NCBI GenBank assembly: GCA_965262915.1
Contig: OZ253564.1
Span: 3,392,001 to 3,456,000 of the forward strand
Direction of reading: 5' to 3'
DNA length: 64,000 nt
Origin: Candidatus Spongiisociaceae bacterium
GTDB lineage: Bacteria; Actinomycetota; Acidimicrobiia; Spongiisociales; Spongiisociaceae
The notes under the pieces are model-generated. The model made no database searches and was not told the DNA's origin. It was given only the letters and a program-made list of their open reading frames with translations. Below, one piece after another: positions 29,697-39,621 of the stretch. Position 1 is the stretch's first letter; every line of letters starts with the position of its first letter. Made by a program: the position numbers and the translations under genes.

Positions 29697-30218
29697 ATGA
29701 CAACCGTGGCCGAACAGAAACTCAACGACGTGGACCTCGAAGCAGTCGGCGCTCTGGTCGCCGCCGTGAAAGAGGACCCGGAGCAAGGCCAGACCGAGTG
29801 GCAGGCGACCGTGACCTGGAAGGGCGCGTTCCGGTCCGAGGTCTCCATCCGGGACTTCGATCCCATCCCCTCCGACGAACCTCCGGGCCTAGGCGGCACC
29901 GACACGGCGCCCAACCCGGCGGAGCAGGTGCTGGGAGCGCTGGGTAACTGCCTGGCCGTGGGGTATGCGGCCAACGCCTCGGCGCAGGGCGTGGAGATCA
30001 ACGATCTCAGGATCGAACTCAGCGGGGATCTCGATATCCAGACCTTCCTCGGACTGAAACCCGGCCACGCTGGCTATGGCGGCCTGTCGGTGAAGGTCCA
30101 TCTCGACTCCGACGCCACCGAGGAGCAACTGTCGACCCTCCACCAGACGGTCGTCAACGGCTCGCCGATCGGTCACACGCTCAGCAACCCGGTGCCCCTC
30201 AGCATCGAACTGGCCTGA
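29697..30218 (+). CDS. OsmC-family protein (single Cys)
   Basis: SDEPPGLGGTDTAPNPAEQVLGALGNC; second Cys position is Ser (GSPIG); RBS AAAGGA. Confidence 0.85.
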   Translation: MTTVAEQKLNDVDLEAVGALVAAVKEDPEQGQTEWQATVTWKGAFRSEVSIRDFDPIPSDEPPGLGGTDTAPNPAEQVLGALGNCLAVGYAANASAQGVEINDLRIELSGDLDIQTFLGLKPGHAGYGGLSVKVHLDSDATEEQLSTLHQTVVNGSPIGHTLSNPVPLSIELA

Positions 30219-30352
30219 TCGACGTATCCGCTCACCGCGGACCTGTCCCGGCTTACCAGGCACCCAGCAGCATGGCACAGCCTGCCTAGCCGGGGCGGTC
30301 CGTAGAAACCAAGTGGTGCCTTGCGGCGTGTCGAAGGGGGCGTCAGGACGGT

Positions 30353-30706
30353 CTACGACTCGATAGCCTGGGGATGTTTGGGCTCGTAGATCATGACTTC
30401 GACGCCACCGGGGAGCACCGCCGTGGTACCGATCCCCCACCCCATGTCGACCGGGGGCCCATGGAACCTGAGACCCTTGGCGCTCAGATCCGCAATGGTG
30501 GAGTCCATGTCATCGCACATGAATGAGATCGCGTGGTTCGTTGCGCCCTCGGAAGGGTGGACACCGAGTTCGGCGGACGGAAGGCGGAATATCAGCCATC
30601 CGTCCCCGCTGTCGATGTTGTCGAAACCGAAGGCGTGCGCCAGGATCGAGCGTGCCTCATCCGCTTGAGGGGTATAGATGAGCAGATGGGTCCCGATGAT
30701 CGCCAT
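30353..30706 (-). CDS. VOC/glyoxalase family protein
   Basis: IIGTHLLIY, GWLIFRLP..ELGVHP, SFMCDD, DMGWG, IYEPKHP. Confidence 0.8.
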   Translation of the reverse strand: MAIIGTHLLIYTPQADEARSILAHAFGFDNIDSGDGWLIFRLPSAELGVHPSEGATNHAISFMCDDMDSTIADLSAKGLRFHGPPVDMGWGIGTTAVLPGGVEVMIYEPKHPQAIES

Positions 30707-30871
30707 CCCTATCCCCTTCCTTCGATCACCAGACCGTTGGCGGTCGCTGAGGACCATGATATGGGACCGCGGTCCATCTCATCGGCGGCTCAGGTGACCC
30801 CCGGGTCGTTGGGCTAGGCTGATCCAACAGGACTGCACCGGCGCCTGCTCGAGTTCGGTCGGAGGGAGTTC

Positions 30872-31924
30872 ATGCCGCATGTGATGACGGTGCGTGGCCC
30901 GATCAACCCGTCCGAGTTGGGCCCCACGATGACACACGAGCACATCTTCCTGGATGTCCGCCACGCCTGGAGTCCTTCCGCAGAGATTCTCGACACCGAG
31001 GCGGGCACCCGGCCCTTCGAAACCCGGCTGGCGGGTGTTAGTCGCTGGAACCAGTCGGCCTACCGGAGCAACCTCGTGCAGAGTCCCGAGGACGACTACG
31101 AGCTCATCTCCGAGGAGGTCGCCGAGTACGTGCACGCCGGCGGTGGCGCCATCGTCGAGTTGACCGTGATCGGCCTCAACCCGGAACCCGAGGCACTGGC
31201 GCGGCTCTCGGAAGACCTGGGTGTGCATATCGTCGCTGGTACCGGGTTCTATGTGAGCGCCCTCCACCCCCCGTGGGTGCAAGGGATGAGCGTCTCCCAA
31301 CTGACCGAGTTTCTCCGCAAGGAAGTCACCGAGGGCATGGGGGGCACCTCGGTCCGGCCCGGCATCATAGGTGAGATAGGCACGTCCGAGACGCTGTTCG
31401 AAGTGGAGGAACGTGTGCTACGGGCATCCGCTCGCGTAGCGGTCGAGACCGATACCCCGATCAACGTCCATTGCCATCCTCCGGCTCTCGAAGTCGTCCA
31501 GCGCATCCTCGACATCCTCGAAGGCGAAGGCCATCCCCTGGGTCGCACCTCCCTCTCACATCTCGACGAGATCACCGACCTCGACTACCACCGCTCGGTC
31601 CTCGAACGGGGCCCGCTGGTCGGGTTCGACAGCTTCGGACAGGACGGCTACTTCGAACCGACATGGAAGTCGAAGAGTGACCAGGCCAAGCTGGAGACCA
31701 TGCTCGCGCTGGTCGAGGCCGGGTTCGAAGATCAGCTGCTGATGTCCCAGGACATGCACAAGAAGCACTACCTGCTCCGCTACGGAGGTCTCGGTTACAA
31801 CCACGTCCTCGCCCGGGTCGTTCCCCGGATGAAGGCCACGTACGGCGCCGGCGCCGGGCTGATCGACAAGTTGCTGGTCACCAACCCGGCGAGGTTGCTG
31901 ACCAGGAATTCCGAGGCCGCATAG
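30872..31924 (+). CDS. Phosphotriesterase-family (PHP-like) metallohydrolase
   Basis: THEHI, GIIGEIG, NVH, SHLD, MSQDM, YGGLGY. Confidence 0.88.
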   Translation: MPHVMTVRGPINPSELGPTMTHEHIFLDVRHAWSPSAEILDTEAGTRPFETRLAGVSRWNQSAYRSNLVQSPEDDYELISEEVAEYVHAGGGAIVELTVIGLNPEPEALARLSEDLGVHIVAGTGFYVSALHPPWVQGMSVSQLTEFLRKEVTEGMGGTSVRPGIIGEIGTSETLFEVEERVLRASARVAVETDTPINVHCHPPALEVVQRILDILEGEGHPLGRTSLSHLDEITDLDYHRSVLERGPLVGFDSFGQDGYFEPTWKSKSDQAKLETMLALVEAGFEDQLLMSQDMHKKHYLLRYGGLGYNHVLARVVPRMKATYGAGAGLIDKLLVTNPARLLTRNSEAA

Positions 31925-32017
31925 AAATCCTATGCCGTTCTGCGGGTATCGGGCGGTGCGCCCCGCGCATAATGGAACCGGTGGGTTTTGCCGCCTAATC
32001 GGGAACCGTGGAGGTTG

Positions 32018-33607
32018 ATGGTGCTGGTCGGATACGTAAGCGACGAGTTCTACGTGGCGATCCCGAATGTCGAGATCGAGTTCACTAGTGGAACGGCCTC
32101 GCTCCGGGTCCGTTCCCGAGCATCCGGGTCGGTTCATGCTGACCTGGAACCGGGCACCTACCGCGTCTATCTGACCCGTCGGGGGTATACCCCCAAATGG
32201 GTCGACATGGAGGTGCTGGAGGGGCAAGTCCACCACTTCCGGCTGCTCTCGGACAACCTGAGCGGGTACGTGTGGCCGAAATGGACCAGGTCTGGCGAGA
32301 TCGGCCAGGTGCGGCTCCATTCGCCGCACGACTCGGTGGTGACCCTCTGGCGATATGGTTGGGAGCGTGAGTTCATCGCCAAGCTGGGTCACTTCAGCGA
32401 CGAACCGCGCGGGGCATACGCCCAGATCCTTCCGGACGGGGACGTCACCCAGTCGGGGGTGAGGTGGAGCGACCATGGTTACTCGTACGCTGAGGTCGAC
32501 CCGAGGGTATACGTCGAGGCGCCTGCCCGTTCCGGGCTCTACTACTTCCACGCCAGGGACGCAACCGGTGCCTTCTTCTCTTTTCCATGGATAGTCGCGC
32601 CCCGGCAGCGGCGCCACCGGCTTGCCGTCCTGGCGTCCAACATCAACTGGAACTGCTACAACCACTACGGCGGACGCAGCAACTACGTGTCCGCGATCAC
32701 CCTCCCCCTTCGACCCCACTTCAACTTCCGGCAGGAGGAGGTCTACTACACCGATCCGGCTCTGCAGCCGTGGATCGCGGACGAGTACGACCCGCTGTCG
32801 TTCGACCGTCCCGAACCGCTCAACATGACGGAGGAGAACGGAAAGATCACCGACCCGATGGAACGCCGTGGCGAAGAACACGTTGCGCCGGCCGAATGGC
32901 GCCTGCTCGGATGGCTAGAGCGGGAAGGCTTCGATTACGACTACCACGCCGAAACCCAACTCCACTTCGACGAGATCTCCCTCGAGGACTACGAGGTGCT
33001 GATCATCAGCACCCACCCCGAGTACTGGTCACGCAAGATGTATTACCAGGTCAAGTCGTGGGTGTTCGACGGCGGCGGCAAGCTAATGGTGCTGGGAGGC
33101 AACAGCCTCAACTGCGAGGTGGAGTTCCTGGACGGGACGACGATCACCGTGCGTAACAACGACCACCGCAAGCGCCCCCCCGGCTACGAAAGCCGGTTCG
33201 GGACGCGGCACGAATCAGAGGCCCACCTAACCGGAGTGGTAACCACCCACACCGGCTACGAGACCGGCGCCCCCTACCGGGTGATCGACCCTGCGCACTG
33301 GGCTTTGGCGGGAACCGGCTTGGCCGAGGGTGACTTCTTCGGCACGGAATCACTCGACCGGCGGGCTCCGGGCGGCGCCTCGGGGCACGAGACCGACAAG
33401 CTCACTCCCTCGTCCCCGCCGGGAACCAGACTCATCGCCAAGGGCACCAACCCCGACGAGGGCGGCGCCGAGATGGTCCATCACCGGACCCCGAGCGGCG
33501 GTGAGGTGTTCTCGGTCGGTTCCATCTCCTACACCTGCTCGATAGCGGTCGATGACCACATCTCGACGGTAACCCGGAACGTTCTCGAACGGTTCCTGGG
33601 CTCGTGA
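32018..33607 (+). CDS. N,N-dimethylformamidase large(beta)-subunit-family protein with N-terminal carboxypeptidase-regulatory-like domain
   Basis: RSGLY, NWNCYNHYGGRSNY, LSFDRP, WLEREG, STHPEYWS, GGNS, GHETD, GGEVFSVGSI. Confidence 0.78.
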   Translation: MVLVGYVSDEFYVAIPNVEIEFTSGTASLRVRSRASGSVHADLEPGTYRVYLTRRGYTPKWVDMEVLEGQVHHFRLLSDNLSGYVWPKWTRSGEIGQVRLHSPHDSVVTLWRYGWEREFIAKLGHFSDEPRGAYAQILPDGDVTQSGVRWSDHGYSYAEVDPRVYVEAPARSGLYYFHARDATGAFFSFPWIVAPRQRRHRLAVLASNINWNCYNHYGGRSNYVSAITLPLRPHFNFRQEEVYYTDPALQPWIADEYDPLSFDRPEPLNMTEENGKITDPMERRGEEHVAPAEWRLLGWLEREGFDYDYHAETQLHFDEISLEDYEVLIISTHPEYWSRKMYYQVKSWVFDGGGKLMVLGGNSLNCEVEFLDGTTITVRNNDHRKRPPGYESRFGTRHESEAHLTGVVTTHTGYETGAPYRVIDPAHWALAGTGLAEGDFFGTESLDRRAPGGASGHETDKLTPSSPPGTRLIAKGTNPDEGGAEMVHHRTPSGGEVFSVGSISYTCSIAVDDHISTVTRNVLERFLGS

Positions 33608-33638
33608 CCCCGCTCCCCCGCACCCTTCGGGCCGACGC

Positions 33639-35657
33639 ATGACCCGGGTTCTGCTGTTCGGGATCGATCAGATGATCCTGCCCCTGACCGAACACCTGAT
33701 GCAGCAGCGCACCTACCCGAACCTGGAACGGGTACTGCACGGCGAAGGAGCGGTCTCGGAGGCCATTCCATGCTGGCCGGCTTGGACACCCACCAACTGG
33801 GCGACGATCGCCACCGGAGCGGATCCCGGAGCGCACGGGGTGATCAGCTGGGAGGTGTCACTGCCCGATGGCCGGTGGCTCACCAGCTTCCATTCCTCGG
33901 CGTTGCGTACCGAAACCCTCTGGGAGGCGGCCGACCAGGCTGGGTTGAAGGTCGGGCTGGTGCACTACCCGGCGTCGTGGCCGTCCCGCCTGCAGAACGG
34001 GTTCGTGATCGACGGGTGTGCCCTGCCGGACTACGGTCAGACTCCTTTCGAACTGGCATCGGGCCGGGGATACTGCACCGACGCGGACCTTCCCATCTCC
34101 GACCGGGTCGCCTTCGATTCTGAGTCCCGATGGGCGGGCCTCGGCAGCGGGGTGGAACCTCGATCCGGAACGCTGGAAATGGTTGCCAAAGTGGATGGTG
34201 CTGTTACCCCCGTCCCGTTCGCGGTCACCGGCGACAACGGCTACGAGCGCATCGTCCTCAGCCTCACCCGAGACGGCAACGACGTGCTGGCCACCGCATC
34301 GGTCGGTGAATGGAGCGACTGGTTCGTGGTCAGGGTCGGTTCGATCGAAGGGCACACCCGGATCCGGCTGATCAGCTGCGACGCGCGGACCGGCGACTTC
34401 CATCTGTGGCGCAGCCAGATCCTTCCCGTCAACGGTCCCTCTGAACCCGGCTGGATCCTCGAGGACCTGACCCGACGGCTCGGTCCCTACCAGGAACACG
34501 TCAGCGAGATCGCTGCGCTCGGGGGCGCTGCCGACTACGAGACGGTTGCCGACGAGGCCCGCTACCAGATCCGCTGGTTCGCTCACGCCATGCTCGAGAT
34601 GCTGGACCGTTACGGATGCTCGCTGGTCGGGTTCCATTGGCACTGGCTCGACTGGGTCAACCATCTGCATCTCGGGCATGTGGACCCCGACTGGTCCCAG
34701 TACCGAGCAGATGCCGTGGACGAACACCTGGAGGTGATCCACGACGCCGTGGACATGATCGACGAGGCCCTTGGCATCGTCCTTGACGGCCTACGGGACG
34801 ATGACCTTCTCATCCTGGTGGCCGATCACGGGAACCTGCCCGTGGACCGGATGATCAACTTCCGGCGCTACTTCGTGGAAACCGGTCGGACGTTCCTCGT
34901 CGACCCGGACGGTTCCATCGACGAGGCCAATACGGATTGGGAGCGGACCCAGATCTACGTTCCCGACCGCCTGAACGCTCCCGAGATACGCCTGAACCCG
35001 CGGCTGGACCGTGACCGGGCCCGGTCGGTGATGGCTGAGGTGATACATGACCTGCGTACGCTTGTCGATCCAGTGACCGGCATGACGCCGATCGCGCTAG
35101 CCCTGCCCAAACAGGAGGCCGCTCTGCTCGGATGGTACGGTCCGGACGCGGGCGACATCCTGGTGATCCTGGAGGCCGGATACGTGTGGGATACCGAAGC
35201 CCATATCGACGCCGAGATCATCGACGCGGCTGTCAAAAGCGACGTAGCGCCGCACTGGCACGGCGCCATACCGTCTCCGGTGTTCTCGGACCATCCCCCA
35301 CCCGAGACAGCCGCCCATGGCCACGTCCTCCCGACCGCCGCGACATCATTGTCGTCGAATATGGCCATCCTGGCCATGATCGGAGGACCCGCGAGCACTG
35401 GCTACCGCCGCGATCCTGAGCAGCTAGGTCCCGTATGGCTCAAGGACGTAGCGCCGACCATTGCCCACGTGCTTGGAATCGAGGCACCCCTCCACAGCTC
35501 GGGCGGGGTTCTGTACGACTTCCTGGGTCGGGATCCCGGAACCATGGAGCGGGATGGGGACCCACCGTCGCACTACCAGATACCGAGGGATGTCAAGGAC
35601 GCTCAGGTCGGGATGTACGACTTCTCCATTCTCGACTCGCCATCCGCTGATCGTTGA
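33639..35657 (+). CDS. Alkaline phosphatase superfamily, nucleotide pyrophosphatase/phosphodiesterase-like
   Basis: LFGID, WTPTNWATIATG..PG.HGV (Thr nucleophile), DWVNH, VADHG, DVAPTI. Confidence 0.8.
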   Translation: MTRVLLFGIDQMILPLTEHLMQQRTYPNLERVLHGEGAVSEAIPCWPAWTPTNWATIATGADPGAHGVISWEVSLPDGRWLTSFHSSALRTETLWEAADQAGLKVGLVHYPASWPSRLQNGFVIDGCALPDYGQTPFELASGRGYCTDADLPISDRVAFDSESRWAGLGSGVEPRSGTLEMVAKVDGAVTPVPFAVTGDNGYERIVLSLTRDGNDVLATASVGEWSDWFVVRVGSIEGHTRIRLISCDARTGDFHLWRSQILPVNGPSEPGWILEDLTRRLGPYQEHVSEIAALGGAADYETVADEARYQIRWFAHAMLEMLDRYGCSLVGFHWHWLDWVNHLHLGHVDPDWSQYRADAVDEHLEVIHDAVDMIDEALGIVLDGLRDDDLLILVADHGNLPVDRMINFRRYFVETGRTFLVDPDGSIDEANTDWERTQIYVPDRLNAPEIRLNPRLDRDRARSVMAEVIHDLRTLVDPVTGMTPIALALPKQEAALLGWYGPDAGDILVILEAGYVWDTEAHIDAEIIDAAVKSDVAPHWHGAIPSPVFSDHPPPETAAHGHVLPTAATSLSSNMAILAMIGGPASTGYRRDPEQLGPVWLKDVAPTIAHVLGIEAPLHSSGGVLYDFLGRDPGTMERDGDPPSHYQIPRDVKDAQVGMYDFSILDSPSADR

Positions 35658-35675
35658 ACGACGCCAACGGTTGGC

Positions 35676-36566
35676 TCACTGCCAATCGGGGAAGGGCTGC
35701 TTCCAGTTCTCGTAAATGATCGCGTCCTGTATCTCCTTGGGAATGGTCGGGAGCCTCGTACCTTCCACGATATCGTTGATACGCCTGAGGCCGTTGATCA
35801 CGTTGGTGATCGTCCCCGACGGGTAGTCGGAGGCCAGCAACAGCTTGTGGTCGACCCCGTACTCCATGGCCGTGACCATCGCCTGCCAGTAGCGCCATGG
35901 CCGGTAATGCACAGCCGATATGTCCGCATACATGTTCGGTGACTTGCGGATCAGGGCGATGAGATCCTCCTCCCAGGGATGTCCCAAGTGGGCGATGATC
36001 ATCCTCAGGTCGGGAAACTCCATGGCCACATCCTCCAGCAGGAGAGGCAGAGCCCAGCGCAGCCGGGCACGGCTGGGGAACGTAGTGCCCTGATGCCAGA
36101 TGGTCGGGATGCCGTATCCGGCACACCTGCGGAAGAATTCCCAATAGCTACGGTCGGTCGGATCGAAGTGCTGGTACGTAGGACCGAGCTTCAGACCGCT
36201 GAGCCCTAGATCCTCCACACAGTGGGTGAGTTGGTCGATCGCGTCCGAAGCCGTGGGGTTCACCGACGCCCATCCGATCAGCTTGTCCGGATGGGTCGCC
36301 ACGTACTCGGCTATCAGGTGGTTGGGAACCACGATGCCCGTGGGCTCCGCCTGTATCCCGAACACCACAACCTTGTCCGCCGGCGCCGAAGCCTCCCAAT
36401 GGTCCTCAGGCCGCGAATCGTACGAGTGGAGGTCGAGATGAGCGCTGTGCACCTCGCCCCCGGAGTGCCTCATCTTGACCAGCTTGGACGCCAGGGCTTC
36501 CTGGGCCGCCTCCTCGGACCAGTGATCCGGGTACCAACCTATGTGGGTGTGGACATCGACGATCAC
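35676..36566 (-). CDS. Amidohydrolase family (Amidohydro_2)
   Basis: IVDVHTH, GLKLGPTYQ, WHQG, IAHLGHPW, YADISA, LLASDYP. Confidence 0.88.
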   Translation of the reverse strand: MIVDVHTHIGWYPDHWSEEAAQEALASKLVKMRHSGGEVHSAHLDLHSYDSRPEDHWEASAPADKVVVFGIQAEPTGIVVPNHLIAEYVATHPDKLIGWASVNPTASDAIDQLTHCVEDLGLSGLKLGPTYQHFDPTDRSYWEFFRRCAGYGIPTIWHQGTTFPSRARLRWALPLLLEDVAMEFPDLRMIIAHLGHPWEEDLIALIRKSPNMYADISAVHYRPWRYWQAMVTAMEYGVDHKLLLASDYPSGTITNVINGLRRINDIVEGTRLPTIPKEIQDAIIYENWKQPFPDWQ

Positions 36567-36630
36567 GGCTGCGGTTCCTCCCTCGACAGACACCGGTTCG
36601 TCCTGTAGACCGGGTGGAGTAGGAGTGAGA

Positions 36631-37417
36631 TCATGGCGCGATCACCCCGTCGGGATACCGGTCGAAGACCTTCACGTCGTGGATCGGGACGATATGCCGG
36701 GCCGTCGCCCGGACCCTCGCGTAGCAGTCGAGCGCCTCGTACATGTTCTCGCACAACCCCAGCATCTCGCCGTCCTCCACATTCTCGTAGAAGAAGTACG
36801 AGTCGGAGATGGCGACCGTCCCGACCGCGGTGTCCACCTCCACGACGATCGACTCCCGGTGATGCGCCCCCGACCACCAGGTACGGAGTCCCGGAGCGAT
36901 CTCGTCCTCGTCTTCCAGCAGTCGCACCCGATCCCAGCTGTCGGTCACGAGATCGACCAGGGTGTCCTTGGGGATGGACCGCCAGCGGTCGTCGTGCGGA
37001 TGGTCGTGGGTGGTGTGGAAATGGACCCAGCCTCGCTTGGCGATGCAGATCTGGGCGGATCGGAACTTGTGGAGCGTTCCGGTGGTGTACAGCTCCAGCG
37101 GGGTAAGTAACACGTGGGTGATGTCATCGGGCGTCAGGCCAACCGTTTCCAGTGCACCGGTCATGTAGTGGTCCGGTTGCCTCTTCAAGTCGCCCTTTGG
37201 CGCGTCGTGGAGGTACCGCATCTTCGGGCCAGCCTTCCTCGACCATGGTGGTGTCATCCGGAGGGGAGGTGTTGACGAGAGCCGTTAACCCTCCCCCTCG
37301 AATCAGAGTCACGTTGAACCCGAGCGGATATACCTTGTCCCAGTGGCTCATCCAGAAGACCTCGGGTCCTGAGATCAGCGATTCGCCCACGCTCAGGACT
37401 CTCACAGAATACTCCAT
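36631..37417 (-). pseudogene. MBL-fold (AHL-lactonase-like) protein, +1 frameshift at ~37227; paralog of 57458-58243
   Basis: ORFs 37124-37417 and 36631-37257 together match the intact copy; TGG CCC GAA GAT here vs TGG CCA CGG ATG in the paralog. Confidence 0.85.
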
Positions 37418-37444
37418 AACACTGCTCCTTTCGGAGACGACCGT

Positions 37445-38440
37445 TCATCGAGAGAGGTCCACCGGCTCGCCGCTCCGGGCCGACTCATCCAACGCCAGCG
37501 CGACCTGCAGTGCCGCCCGGGCGTCCTCCAGGGACACCGGCCAATCGCGCCTGCCCCGTACCCAGCCCAGGAAATGGCGGTCCTCGATCGCCACCGAGCC
37601 CGCCATCGTGCCTCCCACGTCGAACACTCCATGCGTCCCGAGCCATCTGTTCTCCCCGAGCGAGTAGACCCTGGTTACCGGGTCGCGCATCTCGACGTAT
37701 CCGGCGCCTTGGGTACCGAAAACCGCTAGGCGGTAGTCCCCCGCCAGTCCCGACCGGCTGTTCATGACCCAGTTGAACTCCACCAACCCAACCGCTCCGC
37801 TCGTAAAGCGCAGGGTTGCGACGACCGCATCCACCGCACCCTCCCCTAGCGACGACGTGGACGCGGGCATGGCTTGTACCCGAGCGATGTCCCCCGCCAG
37901 CCAGCGGAGCAGGTCGATGTCATGGACGCCCACCTCTACGGGCAGGGTCGTCCGGTGTGCCAGCAGGCGTCCCTCGAACGCCGGAACGTTCCGGCGGGCG
38001 CTCACGCTGACCAGAGCACCGATGTCCCCTGCCTTCACGCTCCTGGCCAGGGCCACGTAGTCGGGCTCGAAGCGCATCGTATGTCCTACCGCTAGGCGAC
38101 CTCCCGTTTGGCGGGTAATTCCAATGATCGCATCGGCGTCGTCCAGGTCATGGGCGATCGGCTTCTCGCAGAACACCGGCAGGCCGGCCTCGAGGCAGCG
38201 GGCCACGACCGGAAGGTGGTGCTCCTGGGGGGTGCAGACGAAGACCGCCTCGACCATTTCGGTGGCTAGCAGCCGGTCCAGATCGACGAAGAAGCGCACA
38301 CCGGAGGGCAACCTACTCGCCACATCGGAATCCAGGTCGCTACATGCGACCAGGTGCGCTTCGGGAAGAGCGTCCAGGACCTGGACATGGACCGAACCCA
38401 TCATGCCGACACCGACCACCGCACACCGGACGGGCTCCAC
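37445..38440 (-). CDS. Gfo/Idh/MocA oxidoreductase
   Basis: VVGVGMMG, FCEKP, GHTMRF, GVHDID. Confidence 0.9.
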   Translation of the reverse strand: MEPVRCAVVGVGMMGSVHVQVLDALPEAHLVACSDLDSDVASRLPSGVRFFVDLDRLLATEMVEAVFVCTPQEHHLPVVARCLEAGLPVFCEKPIAHDLDDADAIIGITRQTGGRLAVGHTMRFEPDYVALARSVKAGDIGALVSVSARRNVPAFEGRLLAHRTTLPVEVGVHDIDLLRWLAGDIARVQAMPASTSSLGEGAVDAVVATLRFTSGAVGLVEFNWVMNSRSGLAGDYRLAVFGTQGAGYVEMRDPVTRVYSLGENRWLGTHGVFDVGGTMAGSVAIEDRHFLGWVRGRRDWPVSLEDARAALQVALALDESARSGEPVDLSR

Positions 38441-38522
38441 TCGTACCTCCTTCCGGTGCCGTCATTTGCACACAGCACGCTATCGACTGTTCGGGACCGG
38501 TGCTCGGCTGGCCGGCTCCCGG

Positions 38523-38551
38523 TTGACGCCACCAGACAATTATCCAATAAT
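38523..38551 (+). promoter_or_regulatory. Candidate promoter TTGACG-N17-AATAAT overlapped by palindrome ATTAT-CCA-ATAAT
   Basis: Only AT-rich patch in the divergent intergenic region 38440-38600. Confidence 0.5.
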
Positions 38552-38600
38552 CATGCCACGCAACGCCGTTGCGATGTGCGCAACGCACGGGGAGGGTTGG

Positions 38601-39524
38601 ATGAAGATACGAGAAGCGCTCCGCCGGCAGGGACTTCCACCCGCCGGCACCCCGGCGGACAGCAGCAGCCATTTCCTCGACGGCGCCGAGTTCCGGATCG
38701 AGATCCCGAGCGTCGAGGGTCCCAGAGTGCTTGCGGCAGTCCTGGAACAGGCCGCTCACTATGACCTCACGGTGAACCGCGTTTCGCAGGGCAGCGGCGG
38801 GATGCTGCTCGAGGGCGCCGAACTCCGCGAAATGGCTGCGATAGGAGCTGAGGCGGGGCTCGAGGTGTGCCTGTTCACCGGCCCGAAAGCCGGTTACGAC
38901 ATCGGAGCGTTCAGCCGGTCGGCGGATGGGCGTAGCCAGTTCGCCCAGATCAGGGGTATGCGCCAGCTTCGCTACGCGGTGGCGGACATCGCCAGGGCCA
39001 CCGAAGCCGGGATCCGCAGCTTTCTCGTGGGCGACCTCGGCCTGCTCGCAGTCCTCACCCGGATGCAGGATGACGGCGACCTACCGAGCGAGACGGTATG
39101 GAAGATATCGGCCTACATGGGGGTATCGAATCCCGCCTCCATCCGGCTACTGGAGAGGATGGGCGCCGGATCGGTCAATATCCCGGCCGACGTGACGCTG
39201 GAGCAACTCTGGGAGATCCGGTCGGCCGCATCGACGCCGGTGGACCTCTACCTGGAAACACCCGACAGCATGGGCCCGATTGTCCGGGGCCACGAGATAG
39301 CCGACTTCGTGGCGGTCGGGGCGCCGCTGTACGCCAAAATGGGTCTGGCGAACGCAGGTGGCGTCTACCCTTCCGGAGGCCAGACCGTGGGCACAGCCAT
39401 CGCCAACGCCCGTGAGAAGGTGCGCCGGGCCGCCATCGCTCTGGAGTGGCTGCAGCGGGAGAGACCCGCTTCGGTCCAGTCGAAGCCCCATGCGGCCGGG
39501 CTCGGCATCCCCGTCGTATCTTGA
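38601..39524 (+). CDS. Conserved hypothetical, U32-peptidase-like TIM-barrel protein
   Basis: RIEIPSVEGP, RVSQGSG, GIRSFLVGDLGLL, SNPAS, DLYLE.PD; family recalled from memory, function unknown. Confidence 0.55.
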   Translation: MKIREALRRQGLPPAGTPADSSSHFLDGAEFRIEIPSVEGPRVLAAVLEQAAHYDLTVNRVSQGSGGMLLEGAELREMAAIGAEAGLEVCLFTGPKAGYDIGAFSRSADGRSQFAQIRGMRQLRYAVADIARATEAGIRSFLVGDLGLLAVLTRMQDDGDLPSETVWKISAYMGVSNPASIRLLERMGAGSVNIPADVTLEQLWEIRSAASTPVDLYLETPDSMGPIVRGHEIADFVAVGAPLYAKMGLANAGGVYPSGGQTVGTAIANAREKVRRAAIALEWLQRERPASVQSKPHAAGLGIPVVS

Positions 39525-39621
39525 GAGGCGATCCGTGTTACGGAGACGTTGGGCGGTCCCTTCCGGAGTCCCCCGGATCATACGGTCACGATCGTCTAGT
39601 TCGGAAGCTGAGGGTTCGTAG

